Below, one piece after another: positions 10,000 to 22,274 of a stretch of 64,000 nt of DNA (position 1 is its first letter; each line of letters opens with the position of its first letter). The stretch comes from Squalus acanthias (taxonomy: Eukaryota): NCBI GenBank assembly GCA_030390025.1, contig CM059432.1, forward strand, positions 48,238,001 through 48,302,000. The letters run 5' to 3'. Below the pieces are notes generated by a model. The model saw only the letters and a list, made by a program, of their open reading frames with translations, searched no databases and was not told where the DNA came from. Both the position numbers and the translations under genes were made by a program.

Positions 10000-12772
10000 A
10001 AATATTCGTTCATGGGATGTGGGCGTCACTGGCAATGCCAGCATTTATTGCCCATCCCTAGTTGCTCTTGAGAAGATGGTGGTGAGCCGCCTTCTTGTAC
10101 CGCTGCAGTCTGTAAGGGGTTTGCTTGCGTCGTGCTTGTATCGCAGACGATGCTGGTACGGGGTTAGGCCTTCGTTGCCTAATACTATTGCTTGCTCTGG
10201 TCTCCGGCCAGCCTTGTTGCAATAAGCACCTGTGAGTGGTTCGACCCACTCGCCCTTACGGTTCTAACACTGGACTTAGGTGCGAGAGCAGTAATGCAGA
10301 GAAAGACTCAAATAGACCCGGTTGAATAGTACGAAATGGAAATCTTTATTGCATAGCGTCTAAAATCATGAAGTACATGTCATAGGCACAAATTAACGAT
10401 AGTACAAGTATACATACATTCATAAAGCTTGGTCTATGGTAATGAAGAACGCACGGCACATCGTAAAAAGGGGAACACATTATACTTTATCCTTAATAAA
10501 ACCACCCTCCCCTATCAATCCCTACACTATATCTAGATTTGTAGGATCGGGAACATGCTCACCACTCGTGATACTTCGGAGGATTTTAAAGTGAGGCACT
10601 CGGCTCGTTCGCTGCAGCGCCCGACTGTCACATGTTTGGAGGGGTCTCTGTAGCCCACTTGTTTATCTTCGCTGCTGGGACAAGCAGGCCAGACCGTCTT
10701 TTGTCATGAGGAACTGTGTAGAACTTGGACACGTTGGTAAAATTCGAAGAAAAGTCTTCCTGTACCAGTTCGTGGAGTAACCGATGGAGTTCGAAAATGG
10801 TCTTTATATTTTATGGCGCGGTCGGGGTTTACTGACCGCGGCGGCACGTGTCTTCTTCTTCTTCTCGTCTCGTCTCCTTTTGTCTCTTCGGGCCTTCGGG
10901 TCCAGACACCGTTTACCGACTCTCGGGATGGTGCACCCGGTCACTTGCCTTTGTCGAGGCGGCTCGTTCCGTTTGAGCTCCACCCAACATTCGAATAACC
11001 GACCAGTACGGTTAAAAGTCAACAATGTCCAGCCCTCAAAAGAGCTTCATCAGTCCGCAGCGGGTCCAAACAAGAGTTCAGCCCGAGTCAAAAGTCAGCA
11101 GCGATAAGGGCGCCAAGGAATATGAGCCGAATCAAGAGAATAAGAGACCGATGGACGTTTGTTCACTATAGTTATAGTGCTGTGTTTTCTTATCTCCCGC
11201 CCAAATCTTAATGTTTGTCCTTTGTGAAATATTGGCGCTCCAAACTCCCAGCATGGGGCGATTCCTGTCTTTAATGGGTTTCGGTAGCACCTGAAACTGG
11301 CCAACTACCCGTTAATGTTTTCCCCATTGTTGACCCAGCCAGGATCGTATGAATCGTCTCCCTGACTGGTTTTGGGGGCCCCCGAATACTTGTTTAATCA
11401 CCCGTCGATGTCTCTCTCATTGTAGAGCCGTGGGGGCATTTGTGTATTGATATGTCTGGATGGGCCTTCGATTGCCCAGTACAATGAACCTTACTTGTGC
11501 ATGGAAAACGATTCCAGCACTCATATCTTATGCTATTGTTTCGAATGCAAACAGGTTGCATCCTGTCTTTATCAGTGTTTGCTGAGTATTATCCAATCTT
11601 ATACTGAAATGTATATTCGACCGCCATCTTGTCTGCCCACTGAAAATTCTGGAAGCTTCTGTCACGATGCGCGGCGGCCATTTTACAGGCTTCTTGTGTC
11701 CTTTTTAATCATGACAGCATTTCGTTTAAATAAACTGATCAAACGAATCTGCTTCTCTCTCGTTATTTTGAATCGTGATAATTGCGAACTTTACAAGTCC
11801 GCGTGGTGAAGGTACTCCCACAGTGCTGTTAGGGAGGGAGTTCCAGGATTTTGACCCAGCGACGATGAAGGAACGGTGATATACTTCCAAGTCAGGATGG
11901 TGTGTGACTTGGAGGTGGCGGTGTTCCCATGCGCCTGCTGCCCTTGTCCTTATTGGTGGTAGAGGTCGCAGGTTTGGGAGGTGCTGCCGAAGAAGCCTTG
12001 GCTAGTTGCTGCAGTGCATCTTGTAGATGGTACACACTGCAGCCATGGTACGCCAGTGGTGGGGGGAGAGAATGTTTAAGGTGGTGGATGGGGTGCCAAT
12101 CAAGCAGGCTGCTTTGTCTTGGATGGTGTCGAGCTTCTAGAGTGTTGGAGCGGCACTCATCCAGGCAAGTGGAGAGTATTCCATCACAGTCCTGACTTGT
12201 GCCTTGTAGATGGTGGAAAGGCTTTGGGGAGTCAGGAGGTGAGACACTCGCTGCAGAATACCCAGCCTCCGACCCGCTCTTGTTGCCACAGTATTTATGT
12301 GGCTGGTCCAGTTAAGTTTCTGGTCAATGATGACCCCCAGGATATTGATGGTGGGGGATTCAGCAATGGTAATGCCGTTGAATGTCAAGGGGCGGTGGTT
12401 AGATGCTCGCTTGTTGGAGATAGTCATTGCCTGGCACTTGTGTGGCGCGAATGTTACCTGCCACTTATCAGCCCAAGCCTGAATGTCGTCCAGGTCTTGC
12501 TGCATGCGGGCATGGACTGCTTCATTATCTGAGGAGTTGTGAATGGCACTGAACACTGTGCAGTCATCAGCAAACATCCCCACTTCTGACCTTATGATGG
12601 AGGGAAGGTCATTGATGAAGCAGCTGAAGATGGTTGGGCCTAAAACACTGCCCTGAGGAACTCCAGCAGCAATGTCCTGTGGCTGTGATGATTGACTCCA
12701 ACCACCACAACCATCTTCCTTTGTGCTAGGTATGACTCCAGCCAGTGGAGAGTTTTTCCCCCGATTCCAATT
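10000..12772 (-). mobile_element. LINE 3' fragment (CR1/L2 group, second family), split by LTR copy B
   Basis: ORF 12137-12583 MFADDCT...WADKWQVTFAPHKCQ...YKAQVRTVMEYSP; same family as 31085-32780 and 57245-63690. Confidence 0.85.
10111..11795 (-). mobile_element. Solo LTR, 1685 bp (copy B), inserted in a LINE 3' end
   Basis: Minus-strand ends TGTAAAG...CCTTACA; perfect TSD AGTC (10107-10110 / 11796-11799); the interrupted LINE is contiguous in the paralogous copy at ~57300-57390. Confidence 0.9.
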
Positions 12773-12779
12773 GCCTCAT

Positions 12780-13200
12780 CATCCTTCTGTGGAGCCCAAA
12801 ACTGCACACAGTCTCCAACTGTGGTTTTGCTAAGATTTTATAAAGATTCACCATCATATTTTGACTTTTATATTCAATACATCTTGCCATAAAACCTAAT
12901 ATTTTATGGTCTTTTCCACTTGAAGTGCTGCTATTAGTATCTTGTGAATCTGAACCCCCAAAGTCCTCTGCTCTTCCAACATACTCAGCCTTTCCCTTTT
13001 CAGAGTATAATTATTATTATTTTTTACCAAAATGTACCACCTCACATTTACTGACATTGAATTCCATCTGCCACTTTTTGCCCATTCCATCAATATCCCT
13101 TTGCAACTACCTTTGGCCCTCAGAATGATTTACTATGCCTCCTATTTCAGTATCGTCTGAAAATTTGGACACCACTCCCTCTAGCCCTATATCCAAATGA
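12780..13200 (-). mobile_element. Degenerate CR1 RT fragment
   Basis: Minus strand encodes KFSDDTEIGG...WQMEFNVSKCEVVHFGK-like sequence with frameshifts. Confidence 0.6.
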
Positions 13201-13481
13201 TTACACAGTGAACGTAACAGAATGCTGTGCGACACTTCTAATCACTCTGAGAAACTGCCCCAAACTCATTGTTCAGGCAAGTCATGTGGCAGACCCGACA
13301 GCCTGCAATCTGTGGTGTAGCCTGTCTGCATGAACATACCTCACCAATTCAAGGTTGAATTTGGAGGACTTTGCAAACATCACATTGTCTTCATTATTAT
13401 TGAGATTCAGATACTTGAAGAGCAACAATGAGATTTTTCAGATAATTACAATAATGGGCAAGCAAATGAGGTAATTAGATA

Positions 13482-13570
13482 CAAAAGCAAAATACTGCGG
13501 ATGCTGGAAATCTGAAATAAAAACAGAAAATGCTGGAAATACTCAGCAGGTCAGGCAGCATCTGTGAAGA
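13482..13570 (-). mobile_element. Short Penelope-type 3'-terminal fragment with ~14-bp TSD
   Basis: CAAAAGCAAAATACTGCGGATGCTGGAAATCTG... flanked by GAGGTAATTAGATA / GAGGTTATTAGATA; same repeat at 14140 and 47566. Confidence 0.6.
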
Positions 13571-14139
13571 GAGGTTATTAGATAGCTGCACAAGGTCAGT
13601 ACTGTGTGCAAAGCACGACAGCACCTGCAGCAAGCAGTGAATGCGAGTTTCAATCCAAATGCCACTGAGTTCTTGATCTCAGCCATGGCAGTGTGGGGTG
13701 GTGTCAGGCAAAGCCACAACAAGCATAAATCAAAGGGAGAGTTTTTGCTGAGTGCCTCTTGTGAATTCTTTAGCAGTTGGTCCAGAGAAAGATTGGCTTA
13801 GGCTGTGGAGCAGGCCTCCTGTGTGCTCTCTTGGCAGCAGTTGGTGTGTGGCCAGGGGAGAAAATAAAGAACTTACCTGCCTTGGCTATAATTTGCTCTG
13901 CTAATTGGATGGTCAATATTGAGTACAGACACTTTCAAATACCCCTTATGATAGTTAATTGATGTGCAGCTACTTTATTGGCTTCAAAATGTTTCACTTA
14001 GTTACATCAGATTGATGTTCATTTTTTATTCTACATTAATAATTCAAACGCAATGCAAAGAAGTAAATGGCATTGTTATCTTAACTCAGCTTCTTTCTTC
14101 TGTAAAATCAGATTAACATCTCAAGATGCAATTAAGGAA

Positions 14140-14190
14140 ACATATTTTCTGTTATTTCAGATTTCCAGCATCCGCAGTATTTTGCTTTTG
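14140..14190 (+). mobile_element. 51-bp Penelope-type terminal fragment with 15-bp TSD
   Basis: Reverse complement of the 13482 repeat, flanked by perfect GATGCAATTAAGGAA direct repeats (14125-14139, 14191-14205). Confidence 0.65.
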
Positions 14191-15012
14191 GATGCAATTA
14201 AGGAATCTGCTTACCATAAATGTACCTAAAATGTGGCTAACTTCTTAACGGTAAGGGTGACTTATGTCTTCCAGCATCAAGATCCATGTTTTTAACACCA
14301 ATTTTAATTATTTTATAAAAATTGAAATTAAATGAGATGCTGTCCTAAATGGGATATATTAGCAGTTTGGATTCCGAAATTCTAACGAGCGATCAGATCA
14401 ATAAAATCCATTTTGAAAAAATCAAGAAGAAAGATATTTCGAACACGGATTGTTAAGGCAGGTTCTGTACGTAAAGTTTCACTGATTTTAATAATGTCAC
14501 AAAGGTTCTATAAATGTGCATATACAGAAGATTACAACAATATATTATACCAACCTGTGTTAAAAAAAATCAAATGGCATCAGTAAATTTCAAGGTAACA
14601 GATAACATATTACATGTTTCTATCAGTCAGCAATTGTGGGAGTTTATATTGGCCACTAAATGGTTTCAAAGTTCTAGTGAGCACAGAACAAAATACTAAT
14701 GTTAGATTTTTCCAGTTACAGTAGATTCAGAAAGAGAGCTTTTATCAGCAGAAACCCATTTCTGGTTTGTTGAGCATTGTTTTATAAGTTTGAAAGATTG
14801 TACAGCCACAAGAAATTTGTGAAAAAAACTAGTGAATAGCTTGAATTTTTTTTTATCTTCAATTTTAAATGAAGCAACTTTTCTATTGTGAAGATATTGC
14901 AGGTAATTTGGTGATGATTGACTACATGGTTTCAATATTACTGCAGTCACAAGTTGGCAGGTAATCTTGTCCAATTTAAAGACAAGGAAAGATAATTATA
15001 GTGAGATATATA

Positions 15013-15189
15013 GGCCTTGAAATTATGCGATGGGATATTTGCATAAGAATGCCTTATGCAGTGGTCTGAGATTCCTCGCTACTATTTTGACAGTAGGGTT
15101 AACACTTTCACTAAAATAACAGTGAGAGAAATTTCAAACAAACATGTTAAACGTTCATACTTAAGCATTCATGGCTTAATTTCAGGGCC
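15013..15189. mobile_element. Harbinger-type MITE, 177 bp
   Basis: TIRs GGCCTTGAAATT / AATTTCAGGGCC, 3-bp TSD ATA. Confidence 0.7.
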
Positions 15190-15789
15190 ATAATATAATA
15201 TACAGATTGAGAATAGATTGAGATAGGAAGAGAGTTATATAATTCCATTAAGAGGAAATATTTGTACTTCATGGTTAGATCCCTGGCAAATCATAAAAGT
15301 AATGCATCCAGTGACGACATCAGAATTAATTATAATTTATTTGAATGAAGCTGTTTCCTTTTTTTAGTTTGTTGCTTTAAGTATGTTTGCAAAAGTTAAA
15401 CAACATGTTGTCACATCATATTGTTCAGCTTAAAGCTACAGGTTAAATGTATTTAGGATAATTAGGACTGCAGAGAAATAAAAGAAATCAGCAAATACTG
15501 ATGGCACAAATGCTTATTAAAAAAGCAGGAATTGAACCAAGCTACAAAAATGTAAACAGGTCTCTTCTCTGCTTATTTTTTCAAACAGCACAACTTATAG
15601 AGGACACTGAGTGCTGGAACCTTCCTGATAAGGTGCTTGTACATGGGTGAGGCTATGTTCTTGCCATCTACATGGAGCACAGCTACCTTTAGACACAGCC
15701 AAAACTGAAATGAAGCTATCACAAAAAGCCTGCTGTATATATCTCGACCAGCAGGCCTCCGAACACTCAGCAACACTTATTTGCTTTCA

Positions 15790-16374
15790 GATAGTGCCTC
15801 TCACACACAAAAACATCTCAAGGTACTTTACAGAGGAGAAAAAATGCACAGCTTTTGTGGAAAGGTTAGGCTAGATGACTGAAAGCTTGGCCGAAGAGAT
15901 GGGTTTTGAGAGGCTTTTAAAGGTGGGAGGCAGGGAGAGAAGTAGAAGGATTTAGAGAAGGAGTTCTAGGGAATGGGGTCTAGATGGCTGGAAGATTTCC
16001 CATCAAAGTTGGAGCAGAGTGAACATACACAAGAGGCCAGAGTCAGATGACCAGATAGCATGGGCGGCAACATAAGGCTGGAGAAGATTGCAGACATAGC
16101 ATGAGGCGAGACTTTGGAGAGATTTACAGAAGAGGGTAAGAATTTTAAATTTGATCCATTGGGGGACAGGGAGCCAGTGTAAGTCAATGATGATGGTGGC
16201 CATTGGGCAGGTGAGGCTTATTATACAATAATATGAGGGGTTTGGGCTTTTTGGAATTTATACAGGACACAGGTTGGGAGATAAGCAAAGAGGGCAGTGG
16301 AGAAGTTGAATCTAGAGGTGGCAAAGGCATGGATAAGCATTCTGCTGGCATTAGGAATAATATAGGGGCAGAAA
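15790..16374 (-). mobile_element. L2-type LINE 3' fragment
   Basis: Minus-strand peptide LHWLPVPQWIKFKILTL, typical of the L2 ORF2 C-terminus. Confidence 0.65.
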
Positions 16375-17486
16375 AGGACAATGTTACAGAGATGGAAGTA
16401 AATATTCCTGGATATAAGGTGTTCAGGAAAGATAGGGAGGGAAGGAACAGAGGTGGGGTAGCAGTATTGATTAAGGAGAATATTACAGTGCTGGAGAGAG
16501 AGGATGTCCTGGAGGGGTCAAGGACAGAATCTATTTGGTTAGAGTTGTATTCTATAGGCCGCTACTAGGTGTATTCTATAGCTCGCCAACTAGTGGGAAG
16601 GATATTGAGGAGCAAAGTTGCAGGGAAATTACAGAGAGGTGCAAGAACTATAGAGTAGTGATAATGGGGGACTTCAACTGTCCTAATATAGACTGGAATA
16701 GTAATAGTGTAAAGGGCAGAGAGGGGGAAGAATTTCTGAAGTGTGTTCAGGAGAACTTTCAGTACGTTTCTGGCCCAACAAGGAAGGAGGCATTGCTGGA
16801 TCTGTTTCTGGGGAATGAGGTGGGTCAAGTAGAGCAAGTGTCAGTAGGGGAACATTTAGGGAACAGTGATCACAGTATCATAAGGTTTAGACTAGCTATG
16901 GAAAAGGATAGGGAGCAGTCTAGAGTAACAATACTTAATTGGCAGGCAAAACTGTAATCGAACAATGGGCTGCCTTTAAAGAGGAGATGGTTCGGGTACA
17001 GTTGAGGTACATTCTCACCTGGGGGAAAGGTAGGGCAACCAAAGCCAGAGCTCCTGGATGCCGAAAGAGATAGAGAGTAAGATGAAGCAGAAAAAGGGGG
17101 CATATGACAGATGTCAGGTAGGCCCCACAGCAGCAGCAGAGGCGACGGCAGTGCGGACCTGGGAGGAGCGGCGAGGCGGCGGCGGCGATAAAAGGAGAGC
17201 CCAAGGCGCAGGTAGGCTTACCAATCTAAGCTCCGAGAGCGGAGAGAGAAGTAAAAAGTAATCGAAGTGTGACGTCACCAGAAAGCAGGTAAGTGATTGG
17301 TTGGTGAGTATTTCTTTCTTTCTCGTTTTTTCCAAACTTAAATTTTGTGGTTTATAGTTTCTAAGGTCTCTGTTGTGTAGCGGGGACTGCTGTTAAACAA
17401 GGGCCCTTGAGTATAACATTTAATTGTAGTGTAATTGGTGGGATTGATTTGATTTAACTTAATTTGAATTAATTAAAGGGTAAGTC

Positions 17487-18435
17487 ATGGCAGCACAGCT
17501 CGGCGCCGTGATAGGCTCCTCCTGCACTATGCGGGAAATCGGAGACACTTCTTGTGTCCCTGACGACCGTGTGTGCAGGAAGTGTATGCAGCTGCAGCTA
17601 CTGACAGACTGCATTGCGGCGCTGGAGCTGCGAATGTATACATACTGGAGCATTCGCAATGCTGAGGACCTCGTGGATAGCACGTTTAGGGAGGTGGTCA
17701 CACCGCAGGTAAAGGCTGCACAGACAGGAAGGGAATGGGTGACCACCAGGCAGAGTAGTAGGCACAGGCAGGTAGTGCAGGGGTCCCCTGTGGCCGTCCC
17801 CCTCTCAAACAGATATACCGCTTTGGATATTGTTGAGGGAGATGGCTTATCAGGGGAAGGCAGCAGCAGCCAACTTCCTGGCACCGTGGGTGGTTCTGCT
17901 GCACTGGACGGGAGGAAAAAGAGTGGGAGAGCTATAGTGATAGGGGATTCTATTGTAAGGGGAATAGATAGGCGTTTCTGCAGCCGCAAACGAGACTCCA
18001 GGATGGTATGTTGTCTCCCTGGTGCAAGGATCAAGGATGTCTCGGAGCGGCTACAGAGCATTTTGGAGGGGAGGGTGAACAGCCAGTTGTCGTGGTGCAT
18101 ATAGGTACCAACGATATAGGTAAAAAACGGGATGAGATCCTAAAAGCTGAATATACGGAGTTAGGAGGTAAATTAAAAAATAGGACCTCAAAGGTAGTAA
18201 TCTCAGGATTGCTACCAATGCCACGTGCTAGTCAGAGTAGAAATAGAAGGATATTTCAGATGAATATGGGCTAGAGGCATGGTGCAAGGGGGAGGGATTC
18301 AAATTCCTGGGACATTGGAACCGGTTCTGGGGGAGGTGGGACCAGTACAAAATGGACGGTTTGCACCTGGGCAGGACTGGGACCGATGTCCTAGGGGGAG
18401 TGTTTGCTAGTGCTGTGGGGGAGGGTTTAAACTAA
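17487..18435 (+). pseudogene. CR1 ORF1 (zinc finger/coiled coil + SGNH esterase), frameshifted
   Basis: VCRKC, NRYTAL, IGDSIVR, CLPGA, VHIGTND and DGLHL spread across three frames. Confidence 0.85.
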
Positions 18436-18542
18436 AATGGCAGGGGGTTGGGAACCTGTGCAGGGAGACAGAGGAAAGGGAAACAAGGATAGAAGCAAAA
18501 GACAGGAAGGAGAAAAGCAAAAGTGGCAGTCAGAGAAATCAA

Positions 18543-19435
18543 GGGGTAGAAATTAGGTCGCGCCCCATTTGGGGCGCAAATATCGTCCGGACGCAAATAT
18601 TAGCGCATGGCGCTAATTATCGGCACTGACAGGAAACTTCACTTTTACCGCCCCGGGAGGTGAGTGGAGCGCTAAAGCAGGCGCTGCACACCTCTCTTAA
18701 GGCGCAAAGGCCGAGCAGTGAGGCGCTAACTCGGAGCGCTGGCGAAGCTCATGTAATGTCAGTCAGCAATGGAACACACACACAATGGCACGGGCCAGTT
18801 CTTAAAGGGGATGGTTAATCTTGCTTTCCATCCACATCCTGTTCATTGCTGCCTTGAATCTTGGCCTGGAGAGACTTGCACATCAAATGTGCTGGAAAGA
18901 ACAATGGAAAGTACCAGGCAAAGAGCTCAGAGTGCAGCTCCCACAGTCTCTGCTAAATCGATACAAGGAATGGCAAATCAAAATGAACCTGCAAAGTGCT
19001 GCTCAGTACCCAAAACTCCTTCACACAACGTTGAATCTCTCCAGAAGTCTCTCCCTCTCTCTCTCAGAATGCGTAGTTCAAAAATGCCACCAACAATAAA
19101 AGACAGGAAGAGGCCCCCTTTAAATAGCGCCCCCCCCAGCCCCACAGCGATTGATAGCGTTCCAGTCTTCTGGTCGTTGGAAGCGCCAGGCGGTAAGGCA
19201 GGGGGCGCCACTCAATTTCCGCTACGGGGCGCCACAAGGGCGTTGCACCATGGAATGACGTCACAATCTGCGCGCGCAGGTGGTCGCAGCGGTAAGTTTT
19301 AGCGCCGCTGCACAATCTCAAGTTAAGTTCTCGAGCGGCGCAAACATCGCTGCGCCCGGGCGTTAGCGGCTTTGCGCCCCATTAGCGCCCTCTTAAGGCG
19401 CTAACAGGAGGCGCAACCAAGTGAATTTTTACCCC
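18543..19435. mobile_element. Non-autonomous Harbinger element inserted between CR1 ORF1 and ORF2
   Basis: TIRs GGGGTAGAAATT / AATTTTTACCCC, perfect 3-bp TSD CAA, CpG-rich subterminal regions. Confidence 0.85.
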
Positions 19436-19453
19436 CAAGGGTGTAAATCAAAC

Positions 19454-22274
19454 ATGGCCACAGTAAATAATAATTCTAAAAGGTCTAAGATTGTTAAAAA
19501 AACAAACCTGAAAGCTTTGTGTCTTAATGCGAGGAGCATTCATAATAAGGTGGATGAATTAGCGGCGCAAATAGATGTGAACGGATATGATATGATTGGG
19601 ATTATGGAAACATGGCTCCAGGGTGACCAGGGCTGGGAACTCAACATCCAGGGGTATTCAATATTCAGGAAAGACAGGCAAAAAGGAAAAGGAGGTGGGG
19701 TAGCATTGCTGGTTAAAGAGGAGATTAACACAATTGTAAGGAAGGATATTAGCTCTGATGATGTGGAATCTGTATGGGTAGAGCTGAGAAATACCAAGGG
19801 ACAGAAAACGTTAGTGGGAGTTGTATACAGACCCCCAAACAGTAATGCGGAGGTTGGGGATGGCATTAAACGGGAAATTAGAGACGTGTGCAATAAGGGC
19901 ACTGCAGTTATCATGGGTGACTTTAATCTACATATGGATTGGGCTAAGCAAATTAGTAACAATACTGTGGAGGAGGAATTCCTGGAGTGTATACGGGATG
20001 GTTTCCTGGACCAATATGTCGAGGAACCAACTAGAGATCAGGCCATCTTAGACTGGGTATTATGTAATGAGAAAGAAATAATTAGCAATCTTGTTGTGCG
20101 AGGCCCCTTGGGGCGGAGCGATCATAATATGATAGAATTCTTCATTAAGATGGAGAGTGAAGTAGTTGACTCAGAGACTAGGATACTGAATTTAAATAAA
20201 GGAAACTACGATGGTATGAGGCGCGAATTGGGTAGGATTGATTGGGGAATGTTACTCAAAGGGTTGATGGTGGATAGGCAATGGCAAACATTTAAAGATC
20301 GCATGGATGAACTACAGAATTTGTTCATCCCTGTTTGACATAAAAATTAGGGATAGCATAAGATCAAAGGAGAGGACATATAAATTGGCCAGAAAAAGCA
20401 GCAAACCTGAGGATTGGGAGCAGTTTAGGATTCAGCAAAGGAGGACAAAGGGATTAATTAAGAGAGGGAAAATAGAGTATGAGAGTAAGCTTGCAGGGAA
20501 CATAAAAACTGACTGTAAAAGCTTCTATAGATATGTGAAGAGAAAAAGATTGGTGAAGTCAAGCGTAGGTCCCTTGCAGTCAGAATCAGGGGAATTTATA
20601 ATGGGGAACAAAGAAATGGCAAACCAATTAAATACATACTTTGGTTCTGTCTTCACAAAGGAGGACACAAATAACCTCCCAGAGATGTCGGGGAACATAG
20701 GGTCTAATGAGAGGGAGGAACTGAAAGAAATCAGTATTTGTAGGGAAATGGTGTTAGGGAAATTGATGGGATTGAAGGCCGATAAATCCCCAGGGCCTGA
20801 TAATCTACATCCTAGGGTACTTAAGGAAGTGGCCCTAGAAATAGTAGATGCATTGCTGGTCATCTTCCAAAATTCTATAGACTCTGGAACAGTTCCCATG
20901 GATTGGAGGGTAGCTAATGTTACCCCACTATTTAAAAAAGGTGGTAGAGAGAAAACGGGGAATTATAGACCGGTAAGCCTGACATCAGTAGTGGGGAAAA
21001 TGCTAGAGTCCATTATAAAAGATGTAATAGCAGAGCACTTGGAATACAATGACAGGATCGGTCAAAGTCAACATGGATTTACAAAAGGTAAATCGTGCTT
21101 GACTAATCTACTGGAATTTTTTGAGGATGTAAATGGTAAAATAGATAAGGGAGAACCAGTGGATGTGGTGTATTTGGACTTTCAGAAGGCTTTCGATAAG
21201 GTCCCGCATAAGAGATTAGCGTGTAAAGTTAAGGCACATGGGATTGGGGGCAGGGTACTGACTTGGATAGAGAACTGGTTGGCAGACAGGAAGCAAAGAG
21301 TTGAGATAAACGGGTCTTTTTCTGAGTGGCAGGCAGTGACTAGTGGGGTACCGCAGGGTTCGGTCCTAGGACCCCAGCTATTCACAATATATATTAATGA
21401 TCTAGACGAGGGAACTAGATGTAATATCTCCAAGTTTGCAGACGACACAAAGCTGGGTGGGCGTGTGTGCTGTGAGGAGGATGCCGAGAAACTCCAGTAT
21501 GATTTGGATAGGTTGGGTGATTGGACAGATGCATGACAAATGCAGTACAATGTGGATAAATGCGAGGTTATCCACTTTGGTGGCAAAAACAGGAAGACAG
21601 ATTATTATCTGAACGGCAATAGATTGGGAAAAGGGGAAGTGCAACGAGACCTGGGTGTCCTTGTGCACCAGTCGCTGAAGTTAAGCATGCAGGTGCAGCA
21701 GGCGGTTAAGAAGGCAAATGGTATGTTGGCCTTCGTAGCGAGAGGGTTCGAGTACAGGAACAAGGATGTCTTGCTGCAGTTGTACAGAGCCTTGGTGAGA
21801 CCACATCTTGAGTATTGTGTGCAGTTTTGGTCGCCTTATCTGAGGAAGGATGTTCTTGCCATGGAGGGAGTGCAGCGAAGATTCACCAGAGTGATACCTG
21901 GGATGGCAGGAATGACGTATGAGGAGAGATTAGGTCGATTGGGCTTATACTCGCTGGAGTTTAGAAGAATGAGAGGGGATCTCATTGAAACTTATAAAAT
22001 TCTAACAGGACTCGACAGACTAGATGCAGGAAGGATGTTCCCAATGGCCGGGGAGTCCAGAACCAGGGGTCACAGTCTAAGGATAAGGGGTGAGCCATTT
22101 AGGACAGAGATGAGGAGGAATTTCTTCACCCAAAGAGTGGTAAACCTGTGGAATTCTCTACCACAGAAGGCAGTTGAGGCCAACTCATTAAATATATTCA
22201 AGAAGGAGTTAGATATATTTCTTAAGGCTAAAGGGATCAAGGGATATGGGGAGAAGGCAGAGACAGGGTACTGA
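19454..22274 (+). pseudogene. CR1 ORF2 (APE endonuclease + reverse transcriptase), disrupted
   Basis: NARSI, ETW, GDFN, SDH; then [31 protein letters not shown]; stop/frameshift near 20338 and in-frame TGA at 21534-21536. Confidence 0.92.

Noticed and set aside
7780..11795. Single DIRS-like or foldback element with long inverted terminal repeats
   Set aside because: Each arm has its own TSD and interrupts a different LINE; the spacer is ordinary LINE debris.
13482..14190. MITE defined by the inverted repeats at 13482 and 14190
   Set aside because: Each arm has its own flanking direct repeat, so these are two separate insertions.
18769..19321. Overlapping ORFs of 77-177 aa
   Set aside because: Inside a TIR-bounded GC-rich MITE with no domain signature; likely chance frames.
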